DNA of 63,872 nt, filler included, from Octopus bimaculoides (GCF_001194135.2; 4 parts of 4 records of this genome joined end to end with filler, not necessarily neighbours in it); one strand, 5' to 3'. Shown: positions 13,222 to 26,381, counted from the whole stretch's first letter. Numbers and translations are program-made. Notes: a model not told the origin generated them from the letters alone.

Positions 13222-14025
13222 GTCTTTACAGTAGGACCGGGCCGACCAAAGCTTTGAGAGTGGATCTGGTAGACGGAAACTGAAATAAGTCCGTTGTACA
13301 CTTGCCCTATGTGGTTCAGAAGCAAACTTTTTATCACAGAGCCACTTCTGTGCCTATATGCTTTGCCATATTTTAATTTCGTCTTTATGTTCTGAGTTCC
13401 ATTTATGACAGGATCGATTTTATATTTCATCTGTCAATGCAATAAGTACGATTAATTGATGCCAATTCAACAAAATCTAGCCTTCGCCTAGACGTTTCTG
13501 TCTTTGTGTCAATATAAAAGCACATTGATAAGAAATGTTCTGAAAACAGACATAACAGATGAGACATTTGTCGCTCTGCTTGTAAGCGCTATCCACTGAT
13601 CTGGACTGTTGTGGACTTGATTCTCCAAGTACTCATTTAAAAACATATTGACTAACGTTGATTGAAGCCTTCTGGAACCACCTCGTATTTCTCCAGTATA
13701 GTACCGACTACCGACATTTTCGAAACATCTGAGAGAGTCATAATAAAGCCTCCTACGTATAAAAACACGTTTGTCATTTATCAAATTGCAGTGAAGTTGT
13801 ACTTCAATGCATCTACCTTTTATAATAGGCGCTCACGAACTCAAGCTATCCAATCTCTGAAAACAAGGCTTTATAGGCCTAAATAAATTTCTCTGAGAAC
13901 AAAGACATATGGTGTGATTCCGGTTCTTTAGACAAGTATCATCTTTAGATAAGTATCATCAGGTGCAGCCTCGGTTCAAGTTGAAGGATGTGAGTAGGAT
14001 TTAATTGACAGAACGATAAAATCCT

Positions 14026-14102
<77 letters not shown>

Positions 14103-14252
14103 CGATTCAATAAAAATCTACTAATCATGGCTCACTGAAGCCACGTTCATTACCGAATCCCCTAAGATAACCTTAATATACCACAAAGTATATTAAACGT
14201 TCTTAGAAGTCAATAATGTGTTCTACTGTGTTACTAGTGCTATTACATCACT

Positions 14253-14501
14253 TGTTAAGGTTATCTCTACAGATTTTCTATAGAAATTATAACCAGCATA
14301 GATTTTGTAATGACGTTTTGTATCCGAGACCCTTGGATGATTAATGGGTTGGGTGGGTGCTGATGAAGGAGAAAAATCTCCTGAAATATGTCATATACGC
14401 CCATTACTTATTTTTCATCTTCGATCTCATTGTTGCTTATATCAGACGTAACAAAATCAGGCTTTAACTTCTATAGAATATCTGTAGAGATAATTTTAAC
14501 A
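14253..14501. mobile_element. MITE-like foldback with imperfect inverted ends of about 65 bp
   Basis: TGTTAAGGTTATCTCTACAGATTTTCTATAGAAATTA… (14253) is inversely repeated by …TAACTTCTATAGAATATCTGTAGAGATAATTTTAACA (14465-14501). Confidence 0.55.
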
Positions 14502-14945
14502 GCCTTAAGATGAATTGTATAAGGAGGAGTTTGTCCAAGATAGATTTGCCAGGAATTGAACAGTACTCCGACAACAAACGTTTCTTTCCTAACAGAGTGG
14601 CCAAAATCTTAAACGCAACATTTGGACAAATTATTATCCTGAAATTCAAGTTCATTAATGTTGCACACCATACAAATCCGATGAATTTCCTCAATGACTT
14701 GGCAACAAATTGTCAACAGATAGCAGTTTGTTCAGGCTGCTAGGTACAACATCCGATTTGTTGTACCACACCAGACTCTCTTGAAAACAGGAAAACAACA
14801 GTATATGGTGTGGTTAAGAAATTCGTTATACAACAAAGTGATTCCGGTTCAATTGCTGTACGTACCACTTTAGACAAGTGTCATCAGGCACGGTTTCAGT
14901 TTGAGTTGTAAGATGTGAGTAGGATTTCATAGATAGGATTATAAA

Positions 14946-14998
<53 letters not shown>

Positions 14999-15126
14999 CT
15001 TTGTATGTGTGTGCATTTGTGTGTATGTGCATTTATGTGTGTGTGTGTTTGTGTTTGTTTGTGTGTGTGTTTGTTTGTGTGTGTGTTTGTTTGTGTGTGT
15101 GCTTATCTATATCAGACACTGATGTA

Positions 15127-15342
15127 CGAGAGGCTGCTGAAAGGTTCCTGGCTTTAAAAGCGTCGCGAAAAACCTGGTTGGAGGCCCAACCTTCCGAGTT
15201 CTTTTACGGGGCTTAGAAAAACTGAAGGACCATTGCAATAGGTGCGTGAATCTGAGAGGGGAATATGTGGAATAAAATCATAATTAACTGATCCTCCTGT
15301 ATTTTCTTTTACCCCAAGCCAGGAACTTTTCAGCACCTCTCA
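15127..15342 (+). mobile_element. Mariner-derived MITE, TIRs and TA TSD
   Basis: TA-CGAGAGGCTGCTGAAAGGTTCCTGGCTT … AAGCCAGGAACTTTTCAGCACCTCTCA-TA. Internal remnant of the transposase end (…KLKDHCNRCVNLRGEYVE*). Confidence 0.85.
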
Positions 15343-16083
15343 TATATTATCAAACCGTTGCTCTTCAAACGAAGTCCTTTGCACCCATAGTTTACTGTTA
15401 AATCTTGATACAGAGATTGCATACAGCGAATTTTTTTTTTTTAGTTTAAATCAAAACTATAATAGTGTAATTCCTATACAAGAGTAAATATGGTAGGTTG
15501 ATATAGTCCTGTGTTACACTACATTTGCTAAAATTAGAATAACGATGGTTCCAACTGTAACATCCTTCTTTGACCATATTCAGTTGGGACTTATCTGGGG
15601 GCCACAGAATAAAACATTTTCAGTTAAGGTTGACATAGGTGTATGTCATTTTATTATCATTTCATAAATACAAATCTTCGCTTATATTTCTTCTAACTAG
15701 TGAAGTTGCATTTTGTAACAATCATACATGTTACTAGGGGTACGTCATGTTCGTCCGTCAAAGCGACGAGGGGCATTTAGTCTCATCCTTAAGGATAGAC
15801 TGATGACTTGTAGTGACTTTGTTTAAAGTGAAGAAGAGTTGCACACCGTCAACCCCATTCTCTCGTAAGTGACCACCTTCAATCCAGTGGCAAGACCAAG
15901 TCAAGACAACTGGGGATGGAGATGGATGCAGTAGATAACCAAGATGTCCTGCTTGCTTCCTCTTGTTCACTGTACTCCACAATGCGTTGCTGCAACTGTC
16001 TTCTCTTCTGTTGAACTATTAAAGGTTTTTTTTTTCCGATCTGTCTGCCAGATCTACTCTTTACAAGCTCTAATATGCTAATT

Positions 16084-16333
16084 CAGTGGTTCTCAACTGG
16101 GGTCTATATGACCCGTGGGAGTCCATGTAAGATTTTGTTGTTAAAATTTATGTGCAATGAATTGGTTATAATACTACACGACACAAAATAGTTTAATAAT
16201 CATTTTTATACTATTCCTAATATGTAATTATAAAAAAACAATTATTGGATTTTTTAAATATCGAATGTCTATAAGGGCCAAATAAAATAGGAACCAAACG
16301 GATCCACAGTTAAATGATGGTTGGGAGCTACTA
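16084..16333. mobile_element. hAT (Charlie-like) MITE, degenerate
   Basis: Starts CAGTGGTTCTCAAC, a typical hAT/Charlie TIR; degenerate right end GGTTGGGAGCTACT. Confidence 0.5.
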
Positions 16334-16379
16334 TTGTGGATCTGAGTAGACCTAGGGAAAATAGTGGTTAAGAGGTAGT

Positions 16380-16620
16380 TCCACACTCCCTCAAAAATCT
16401 GGAGCTCCCGAACCAAACCAGGACCCCACGACGGTTAACTATGGGCTGGCAGGCTGCAGGCTGATGCGTACGCGCACGCAGTTCTTTGTTGGAAATGTGA
16501 TGGTACCATATGAAGTTTTTTTTTAGCCTTTTGGAGCCCACAAGATGGCAGCACAGCCGGAAGCCGATAGCTGATAGCCAAGGGAGGTAATCCCCATTGT
16601 TCCTTTGAGTTGTGAGGCAT
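16380..16620 (-). mobile_element. RTE-type LINE remnant (region C-terminal to RT)
   Basis: …FIWYHHISNKELRARTHQPAACQPIVNRRGVLVWFG resembles the RTE motif W.h.isN.El..R…..R.L.W.GH. Confidence 0.5.
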
Positions 16621-17480
16621 TTCCTCCTCCATATTTTTAAGACGCCTTGGGCCAACAGGTTTCGGGATATGATGATACGCCATGAAGCTAAAACCCTTAT
16701 GGACGGGAAACCTAATGTAATCCCATAAACCGGCCCTCCCTATTTTTAATATATACTGCTCTATATTTCAGAATGTGCTTCTTCTTTCGGATTTGTTTTA
16801 CAGTCGATATATATANNNNNNNNNNNNNNNNNNNNNNNNNNNNNNNNNNNNNNNNNNNNNNNNNNNNNNNNNNNNNNNNNNNNNNNNNNNNNNNNNNNNN
16901 NNNNNNNNNNNNNNNNNNNNNNNNNNNNNNNNNNNNNNNNNNNNNNNNNNNNNNNNNNNNNNNNNNNNNNNNNNNNNNNNNNNNNNNNNNNNNNNNNNNN
17001 NNNNNNNNNNNNNNNNNNNNNNNNNNNNNNNNNNNNNNNNNNNNNNNNNNNNNNNNNNNNNNNNNNNNNNNNNNNNNNNNNNNNNNNNNNNNNNNNNNNN
17101 NNNNNNNNNNNNNNNNNNNNNNNNNNNNNNNNNNNNNNNNNNNNNNNNNNNNNNNNNNNNNNNNNNNNNNNNNNNNNNNNNNNNNNNNNNNNNNNNNNNN
17201 NNNNNNNNNNNNNNNNNNNNNNNNNNNNNNNNNNNNNNNNNNNNNNNNNNNNNNNNNNNNNNNNNNNNNNNNNNNNNNNNNNNNNNNNNNNNNNNNNNNN
17301 NNNNNNNNNNNNNNNNNNNNNNNNNNNNNNNNNNNNNNNNNNNNNNNNNNNNNNNNNNNNNNNNNNNNNNNNNNNNNNNNNNNNNNNNNNNNNNNNNNNN
17401 NNNNNNNNNNNNNNNNNNNNNNNNNNNNNNNNNNNNNNNNNNNNNNNNNNNNNNNNNNNNNNNNNNNNNNNNNNNNNNNN

Positions 17481-17534
<54 letters not shown>

Positions 17535-18589
17535 ATGTGCGCACGTGCGTATTTGTAAACGTATGCATAATTTTACTGAACATACAGACGTCTGCACGAA
17601 AGCGTCTTAAATCCAATTATAGCATTGCCTCCGCTCACCTACTCGCATAGAGATGTATATACATGCGAGTGTATATAGGCACGTATATATAGTTGTAGAC
17701 GACACATGTTTTAAATGGAGATTACACGTAGTCCCGTGTATTCTTTACACTGACATCATCAGTCTACAAGCTTTGAGTATTGCTTCTCCTTTCCTTGAAC
17801 TGTCTGTGTCCCCTTCGCCATCATCCTCTGAAATCCTCGCCAGAGAAGATGAGCCGCTATTATAAGCAATCAACAAAGGTTCGTTGTTCTATTATGACTG
17901 CTGTCATATTAAATCATTTGTGTGCCAGCCACCTGGGCCCCACTTCTTTTTATCCCCTATTTCCACTCATATTTACTTGAACAGACACTAATCTCCATTG
18001 CTTTTCGGGGTCAATCATTTTTGACGCCGATCCGTAAGGTAAAACTATTTTCTCCCTGTCTCCTGGAATGGAACAAGTAAGTCGGGGGTTTGTAGGTCGG
18101 GCGAATCTCCTAAGAGTTAATGGTTAATGACAGCGCTGATGTCGCTGTAGAAGACAATGATAACGATGCTGCTGCTGATGATGATTATGATGTTGACGGT
18201 GTTTATGGTTTGATTGTGGGTAGGGATACCAGAAAGAAAAAGACGGTAGTTGTGAGTGGTAACAGTAAGTAGTTAAGCAACACAGCAGACAGACATTTGA
18301 TGTTACTTGTTTCTGAACCGAAAAAGACTTGGTTACATAGACTCTATATATATAAACGCGGAAGCTATTTGTTCTCTTCCTTCTCAGCTTGTATTTACAT
18401 TTATTTCGTTTGTTACATTACAATACACAGATTCATATACCGCGATGCAACTAGTCAGGAGAAAGGTAGTCATTTCAGACTTGTATGTACATCCATATCT
18501 ATGCATTGATAACTATGCACATTTATGCAATCAAGTACACGCAAATTATCCTTATTTTAAAAATCACATACATATATTTTAAATTTCTA

Positions 18590-19170
18590 TCAGGTCATCC
18601 CATAAGTAATGTCCGGGCTACTATATTTTCAATCTGTGAACGCTTTAACAGTATTTTAGAATGCCTAATGGCATCAAGTAGTATTTATATGTATTTGGAC
18701 ATATTTAACTAATTAAATTTCATTTTGCAAGATAATCTAATTGAATGTTTACTAATGATAAGCTCTTCAAACATAGAAATGTCTAAGGAGCATCTGAGGC
18801 ACATAATGCTTTATGCGTTTAAAAAAGGGAACTCTGCAGCTGAAGCGACTCGAAATATTCACTCAGCTTATGGAGAAGAGTGCCTAAATGAAAACACTTG
18901 CTGAAGATGGCTTGTAAACTTCAGAAGTGGGGATTTCAGCCTTGCAGATGAGACCCGAACAGGACGTCCAATTAAGTTTGATGACAAGCTCCTTTTGGCA
19001 GAACTTGAAAAAGATCATGCAGTTTCAGTTGAAGAATTGGCAAGCAAGCTTCATTCAAGTTATACAATTAACTGTTCACCGCCATCTTCAACAGCTTGGA
19101 AAGGTCCCAAAACTCAGAAAATGGGTGCCTCATGATTTGTCTGAAGCCAACCGCAAGTCCCGATTTGGCC
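18590..19170 (+). mobile_element. Mariner 5' half (TIR plus HTH-domain pseudogene)
   Basis: TA-TCAGGTCATCCCATAAG terminus, the same end as at 31149. From 18779: MSKEHLRHIMLYAFKKGNSAAEATRNIHSAYGEECL…RTGRP…GKVPKLRKWVPHDLSE (WVPHEL-type motif), with a stop and a frameshift. Confidence 0.85.
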
Positions 19171-19252
19171 ATCACATATATTGTACATCATGTACTGTCA
19201 GTTAATAACTGATTAAAATAGTTTTGTTTTATTACTGTAATTCTTTTATCTT

Positions 19253-19477
19253 TTATCTTTTACTTGTTTCATGACTGCGGCTATGCAGGAGCACCGTCTT
19301 GAAGTATTTTTGTCAAAAAATTCGACCCTAGTACTTATTTATTTATTTGTTTATTTATTTTTAAGCCTGATACTTATTCTAACGGCCTTTACCATGAAAA
19401 ACGGTGCCGCGCAGTATGACTGAACCCGGAACCATTTGGTAGGGAAGAAAACTTCTTATCACACAGCGCCCGCGCCT
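19253..19477 (-). mobile_element. SINE family A, internally deleted
   Basis: 3' end TTTTACTTGTTTCA…GCGGCTATGCAGGAGCACCG and head ACTGAACCCGGAACCATTTGG…CACACAGC. Confidence 0.75.
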
Positions 19478-21035
19478 AAAATGTGACTCTTTTGCCACTG
19501 ACTTTTTCCCTAGCTAAAATTCTAACTTTTTTCTGTATTATTATTATTTTTTCCTATGACTTTTTTCCAGACAACGTCTTCATAGGCAGCGTGCAAGATC
19601 AAAGCATTAAAAAAAATAAAACTGAACATACAACTGATGTGCAACTCTTTAGTCACAAACATATTTCAAGCACTTGAACATTAATGCGCTGTATACTCAA
19701 TGTTTTAATGTATGATTTCTGTTCTTCAGATTCACCTTCCCCCCATCTACTTCGTTCATACTTACCGCAATTCAGCCCTAGGACAACTTACCCCAAGACA
19801 AATCACGCGTGCGCAGGCACGCACGCATGCACACACAAATATTTCTTAAAACATATACTCCCAGAACTATAATCCTCTGGAGATCTGATTCTGTGACTAA
19901 AGGCATCCATAGGCAGAAATCTCACAAAGCTGCAAACTTATAGCCAATACTCAGGGGAAGCCTGCAAAGATTATCTTGGACAACTACTTAACTCTGTTCG
20001 GACTAGGAGCTCTGAGGGAAACAAGACTGGTTTCAGTCCTGCAAGGTGAGAGAGGACGTCTTCTCAAAATTTAAGTGGGTTGCATGGATTTCTTATAGAG
20101 AAGGGCTAAGTAAATTACCTAGAGACGTCTTGTTGAACCACCTTTAACCCCAAACGGTATATCGACTAACCTATCACGAGCTATAATGTAAAATAAAAAT
20201 AACTTAGTTTTTAGAGATGAAAATGGAATAAGGTGTGTTAAAAAAAGAACAAAAATGAGATAGGGCCACTCTAGACTGTTCGAAGTAATGAATTTTTTTA
20301 CAACCACGCACATTAAAAAATAAAATTCAATCCTTCTCTTCGCTCAGTCGTTCTTTAACGCTCTCTTAATTTCCTTTATGCCCCCGTTTGTCAACATTTC
20401 TTTCACTCACTCACTCACTCACTCACTCTCTCTCTCTTTATCAGAGACTTACCGCGCTCTCCCTCTCTCTCTCTCTCTGCTTGATTGAGTGCCTCTTGGT
20501 AAATGTTTACTTCGAACCAATGTGGAAAGATGCCTGTACATAGTCACTCGATCGGCAAGACATTGCAGCCAAGTCTTTAACAAATATCATTACACTCTAC
20601 AGCCATAATATATATATATATATATATGTATAACATATTAAATGACTAAGCACCAGATGGTCATGTCACTAACGCGTTTTACTATTCATTTGTTTGGTCG
20701 AGGTTGAGATCAAAAACGACACCAGCAACAACAAACTAATCTTTGCTTATCTCTGTCATTTAAAACAACTGCCCAAAGCTTGCATCTATAGACATATATA
20801 ATTTCAGCATTATTTTATTTATTTGCGAAATCAAAAGTAACCTAGGACTTTACACAATAACAAGCTATAACTCTTGGCTCTGAAAAATTTAACCGATACG
20901 TGTTCTCTCTTCTAGTTATAATTTATTATCACAAACAATCCCGAAGTCTAACTACTTTGGAGGTTTGAATCATCTGACATCGCAACATTTAACACACCCA
21001 GAATGCGAATGCCTCAACAAGATCAACAGTGCTAG

Positions 21036-21086
<51 letters not shown>

Positions 21087-21167
21087 CATTCATACATACA
21101 TTCATACATATATATATATGCGTGTGTGTGTGCATATATTATATGTATATATATGTATGTGTGTGTA

Positions 21168-21199
<32 letters not shown>

Positions 21200-21412
21200 A
21201 ACATAAGGTAGAAATTATTGTTAGTGATTACACGTGGTTGCATATATATACAGGAATGTCGGTCAGACGGAGATGTACGGTCCACAGACAACAGATGTCC
21301 TCCCCACAATACCACCAGATATATCTCAGTGAACGCATTGGCAGATGTGCAGAACAACTGCAACCGCAATTTCCAATCTTCCCATTACATCAATTTGCTA
21401 TTTGGATCTTGT

Positions 21413-21903
21413 ACATGAGAAACCACAAGCAAAAATGAGAAAGTTGATGCAAACAGTGGAATGAGAAGAAAAATGTGGAAAACAAGAAAAGAAAAGAAAA
21501 GAAAAGAAAGGAAGTTTAGAGTTGCGTCTTCATTGACCACAGAACTCATAAGCAATCTAGCTGGTGTAGAATAATTCAACGGTGAGGAGTTCAAGTATCT
21601 GTAAGACAGCTGCCCAATCTGGAGAGGTGATTACCTCCAGTTCGACAAAAGGGATTTGTCCTTGTGCTTGCATTTGCTGAAAAATTCGAATCTGGAATTA
21701 AATATTGTGGTGGAATTCTTGAACTAAAAAGAGAATGTGCAATATTTCAGCTACGCATAAATTACTTATGATTTCTACGGTCAAAGGGGACGTAACTCTT
21801 AACTTTCTTTCCTTCATTTCTTTTTTTCGTTTTTACTCGCCCTCTGTCTCCTCATTCCACTTTTTGCATCAACCTTCTAGTTGTTTCTCGTAATTTCTCA
21901 TGA
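21413..21903. repeat. Foldback element: imperfect inverted repeats of about 115 bp (21413-21528 and 21789-21903)
   Basis: CATGAGAAA…AAAGTTGATGCAAACAGTGGAATGAG…GAAGTTTAGAGTTGCGTC versus GACGTAACTCTTAACTTTC…CTCATTCCACTTTTTGCATCAACCTTC…TTTCTCATG. Confidence 0.7.
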
Positions 21904-22077
21904 GTCAGCGTCCTGTTTTTCAAATAGAGCTAATCATGTGCCCTGAGCCGGAGATTGCTTAGAGACACAAAATATGTTATATAAATCTGCTTTATAACAT
22001 TGTCAATACGGCAAGACATCATGATCAGCTCTTATTTTAAATACAAAAGAGTGAAAATTATAAATGCACACAGGTAT

Positions 22078-22256
22078 TTAATATCTTGCCAAAACACCTG
22101 ATAGATCTATATGGAGTAGGAGTAGATGTTTTCAAGAAACAACTTGACGCCCTGCTGTCCAGAGTTGAAGTTGAACCTACATCATGGCAAGAAATTCAAA
22201 AGAGGGCAGTAATATCGAACTCCTTCCTTCACCAAAAACCAATCAGAAAAGCATGG
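22078..22256 (+). mobile_element. CR1/L2-clade LINE 3' end fragment
   Basis: FNILPKHLIDLYGVGVDVFKKQLDALLSRVEVEP…SNS matches the CR1 ORF2 C-terminal motif FN.LP…FK..LD..L…DEP. Confidence 0.7.
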
Positions 22257-22488
22257 CCTCAGTCATTGGGCTGTCATGCGTAAAAGAATTAAAGTGTGTA
22301 TGTGTGTTAAGCGAGCGTGTGTGTGCATGAATGTTTTTACGTTTGTATATGTGTATATATAATGTATGTAAATGTGTGTGTATATATATGTGTGTGTGTG
22401 TGTGTGTGTATGTATACATATATCTTTATAAACTCATATATATATGTATATACATATATACATACATGTATGCGGTGCATCTGCCTCC

Positions 22489-22679
22489 GCAGGCACTCAC
22501 ATGCACACAGGCACTCACACGCACACAGGCACTCACACGCACACAGGCACTCACACGCACACAGGCACTCCNNNNNNNNNNNNNNNNNNNNNNNNNGCAG
22601 GCACTCACATGCACACAGGCACTCACACGCACACAGGCACTCACACGCACACAGGCACTCACACGCACACAGGCACTCC
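22489..22679 (+). repeat. 18-bp minisatellite CAGGCACTCACACGCACA
   Basis: About 10 units spanning a small gap. Confidence 0.9.
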
Positions 22680-23269
22680 CGCCCGTACACGCATGCATAA
22701 ATAATGAATGCATATATACGAGTATATACGTGCACAGACACACACACACACGCACACATACACACATACATACATACATACATACATACATACATACATA
22801 CATACATACATACATGCGTGCATGCATGCATGCAAAGTCTGAATATAGAAAGACAAAAGTTAGGAGGAAAAAAAAACACTGAAAGACAAGGAATACACAA
22901 ACATAAAAACTAAAAGGTTTACGTGCATTGACATTTCATCAAAACACAACGTTGATTGTAAGACAAAGATCTGAAGGCTTATTGCCTGGAGCCATTCACC
23001 ACACAAAGTGATATGAAGAAGGCATCAAAAGCCCTTTGATAGCTTTTTCTCAAAACTTTTCAAAGACTTCCGTTATAAACGGTTGAATCATTGTTGTTGT
23101 TGTTGTTGTTACTTGGCCTTTTTCTTTCTTACCTTTTTCGATCAAAGACCATTAGACTGTTGAGAGAGCATAACGAGGTCATAACTTCATAATTTAGATT
23201 TAGTTTCGCATTGAATGAGGAATGACTATTCATATTCACACATTTATATAAGCGAGTATATATATATAT

Positions 23270-23348
<79 letters not shown>

Positions 23349-23847
23349 CTGAAAACCGTGCAAAGTGGAAAAATATTGTCAGAAAAATACACGTCACGTC
23401 TGTGAGCCAAAGTGACTGGAGTACGCTGCTCTGAGGTGATCACTCTGTAAGCTAGATTCGAGTGCAATGCCGGCAGAAATCCATACGGAATTGAAAGGCA
23501 ATGTAAGTGAAAGATTTCTTATCTCAAGGGCTGGATTAGTCAACCACCTAAACGCACGCGAACTAGGGAGAAATGAAGCAGCACTTAAGGCATGGGCACA
23601 CCAGGGTCCTTTTCTGAACTACGCGTGCTGTGTATTTCTGGGGATTACTAGGGATTACTGTCAATAAATTGACATTATAGGGCCCAGTGCATTGATTTGC
23701 CCGCGAGCCTATAATACTGCTAAAACGGCCCTGTCTGCCGTCACGTTCTCTGCGGCATATTCTACTCGCAGAATGGAAGGTGGGCTGAAGAACAACTTCT
23801 GTGCACATAGTTGAGTTCAATGAAAAGATGGCACTCTTCTGTATATA

Positions 23848-23976
23848 CGAGGGGTGTATGAAAAATGTTTAGCCTTCAAGGCCTTTGAGCCTTGAAGTCT
23901 TGTACCTTTATCAGAAGTCTTGTACCATGTTTTTTTTTTTTTTTTTTGAAGCTCAAGACTTTTCATTAACCCCTCG
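23848..23976. mobile_element. 129-bp mariner-type MITE with TA TSD
   Basis: TA-CGAGGGGTGTATGAAAAATGTTTAGCCTTC … GAAGCTCAAGACTTTTCATTAACCCCTCG-TA. Confidence 0.75.
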
Positions 23977-24814
23977 TATATCGTTAGTTTGATTACTCTA
24001 CAGTTTGGTAATCCTTGTGATTCTTATGCATTCGATACAATTTATTATCGTTCAGGCGTTTAATTCGGTCTTCTAGTTTAACTCTATGGATAAATCTTCT
24101 GCCTCATCTTTTTCTATATGTGTTCGGGTTACATTCTTAGTTATCTTGTTTATTATCAAAATTTTGTAAACATTTCTATCGAGTTGAAACACATTTGTGG
24201 TCTTAAGTGTATGCACCTAAAATTGCTAGAATTTTTGGAGAGCATCAGTTGCTCTTTTAATTCATTTTGAAAACATGAGGTGCGGTTATCCGCTTTCAAT
24301 TTTATATTACTATATGAAGCCCTCTTGAAATACTTCTATATTGATTTATTTTAGCACTGTATCCGTTTTCTCAATTAGTTGCGTAGTATAGACATGTCAT
24401 CATCTTGTCTTCCCACTTGCGAAAGTTGGCTCTAGTGGAGAATTGTCTAAGCTGCAAGGAGTGTAAGATAAAATGCATTGCTGTATTTATTTCGGTTCTC
24501 TGAGCCCTGATTTAAAACTATATCGCAGTCATATTTACTTTTCATCTCTAAGAGAGTGACGGAATTGTTAGAAAATCGAACGAGATATCTAGTGACATTT
24601 GCTCGTTTCTTTCTATTTACTTTTTTTACGCTCTGAGCTTTTGGATGATAATTTTGAATCGTCAACCGGTTAAATACGCCCATGTAGTCCTTTGGTGTTT
24701 ATAGCTGAGTTCACACTGTTGTAAACATTCAGGCCAGCTTTTTTCCATTTCTGCCCCTCATCCCATGATTAAACGATAAAAATAATACGTGTGTGTGTGT
24801 GTGTATTGAGTGTA

Positions 24815-24972
24815 GGAGAAAAGCCCTCTAGGACAAAAGCCCTCTAGGACAAAAGCCCTCTAGGACAAAAGCCCTCTAGGACAAAAGCCCTCTAGGACAA
24901 AAGCTCTCTAGGACAAAAGCCCTTCTGACAAAAGCNNNNNNNNNNGGACAAAAGCCCTTCTGACAAAAGCCT
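24815..24972 (+). repeat. 16-bp minisatellite GGACAAAAGCCCTCTA with a variant CCCTTCTGACAAAAG
   Basis: About 9 units with no unique spacers. Confidence 0.9.
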
Positions 24973-25664
24973 CATAGTTAAAGTCTGAAAGTGGGCAAAA
25001 GCTCATCCGCCCCCCCCCCCCAAGCTCTACGATTATATTTTTCGGTTATTGTTTTTTTTCTTTTTTTTTCACATTTTACTTGTTTCAATCATTAGACTGT
25101 GTCCATGCTAGGACACCGCATTGAAGAATTTTTAGTTGAACATATCGACGCCAGAATTTTGTTTTATTATTACTTATCGCAGCAGTTAGTAGACTGCAGT
25201 TATTAGAATTTTTAGTCACAGAAAAGTCAGCATTTTAAAATTTAAATTTAAAGTCTTTTGTTTTCTTCCTTCAGCACAAATAAATGAGAATGAGCTGACT
25301 TTTTGAACCTTCTCCAGCTGTTGAAGGTCTAACAGAAATACGGTGCCGAAGGCTAGTCATTCAAACGTACTTCTTATCGTTTTTATGCTTCTACACATTT
25401 CTTGAAGTAAATGCTTTCTCTTTTGTTAGAATTCAGACAATATGTACATTGAGTAATAAAGAGTCTTGTGTTCTGTTACTCTATTGTACTTATTTATTTT
25501 CGAATGAAATTTAAAAAAAGAATTAAAGATTTGGTTGTTATTTCTAGCATGTGGAGAGACCTTCTAGGCTAAAAAAGATTCTGGGGTCGACACATTCGAC
25601 TAAAAATTGCTCAAATTGGTGCCCCAGCATGGTCACGGACTAATGACTGCAACAAGTAAAAAGA

Positions 25665-25764
25665 NNNNNNNNNNNNNNNNNNNNNNNNNNNNNNNNNNNN
25701 NNNNNNNNTTAATTAATTAANNNNNNNNNNNNNNNNNNNNNNNNNNNNNNNNNNNNNNNNNNNN
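25665..25764. other. Artificial scaffold-join spacer (44N-TTAATTAATTAA-44N)
   Basis: Exactly 100 bp; the 12-mer gives stops in all six frames. Identical structure at 46821 and 57378. Confidence 0.95.
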
Positions 25765-26075
25765 AACCTTGCAGAACCTCCTCTCCATCTTACTTCCTGG
25801 ATGCAGCACATATCTACGCGTCTCCGTTCAAGCATCTCAACAATTTCACCAGATCTACCTTTCAGCGTACCGACATTGAGAGTGCCAATCCTAACAGTAT
25901 GGGTGTTGGGGGTGTGGGCCTGTAGCCTGGGAAGGGGAAAAGCAGTGTCGTGTACCTGAAAAGAAAACTTGCAATTGGAAGAATTCATAAGCAAAACAGT
26001 ACCTACAACCTGCAAACATTTCTCAACCTTAATGCGCTACCCAAAGGTAGGGGAGAGGATGGCCAAGGCCACTAG
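25765..26075 (-). mobile_element. RTE (BovB-like) LINE 5' end with AP-endonuclease start, cut by the scaffold join
   Basis: TVRIGTLNVGTLKGRSGEIVEMLERRRVDMCCIQEVRWRGGSAR contains the APE motifs GTxNV and QExRW. Confidence 0.85.
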
Positions 26076-26381
26076 ATGGGTTCCGGGAGACAGCCGAGGT
26101 TGATACACACACACATATATACACACACACACACATATATATACACACTTGCCCTTCTCTCTCTCTTTTACCACATCCATCTCTCTATCTGTCTGACTAT
26201 CAGTTTATCTATTTATCTCTCTGTCTGCCTGTCTATCTATCTATCTGCTTATACATCTTCCATTGTCTCCAAAGCCTCACCCCAAAAAAACAAAAAAACA
26301 AAACAATGTTCTGTTATAAACAAAACCAAAAAAAAACACCTGTTTTATATAAATAAGCAAGATCTCTGTATTTTCACAGAA

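Noticed and set aside
14478-14743. Plus-strand exon NICRDNFNSLKMNCIRR…GC*
   Set aside because: Its apparent acceptor lies within the inverted end of a MITE-like element, and the peptide has no recognisable motif.
13905-14947. Local duplication 13905-14030 versus 14805-14947 as a segmental duplication of interest
   Set aside because: Both appear to be old, diverged SINE A-type copies ending in (GT)n.
17744-17890. Minus-strand terminal-exon candidate NEPLLIAYNSGSSSLARISEDDGEGDTDSSRKGEAILKACRLMMSV*
   Set aside because: Only about 48 codons, a weak acceptor, no partner exons and no family motif.
18130-18270. Acidic peptide DNDNDAAADDDYDVD as a coding exon
   Set aside because: Explained by a decayed (GAT)/(GCT) trinucleotide tract.
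2924-24972. Short tandem arrays (2924-3036, 22489-22679, 24815-24972) as CRISPR-like
   Set aside because: Units abut with no unique spacers, there are no cas genes, and the context is eukaryotic.
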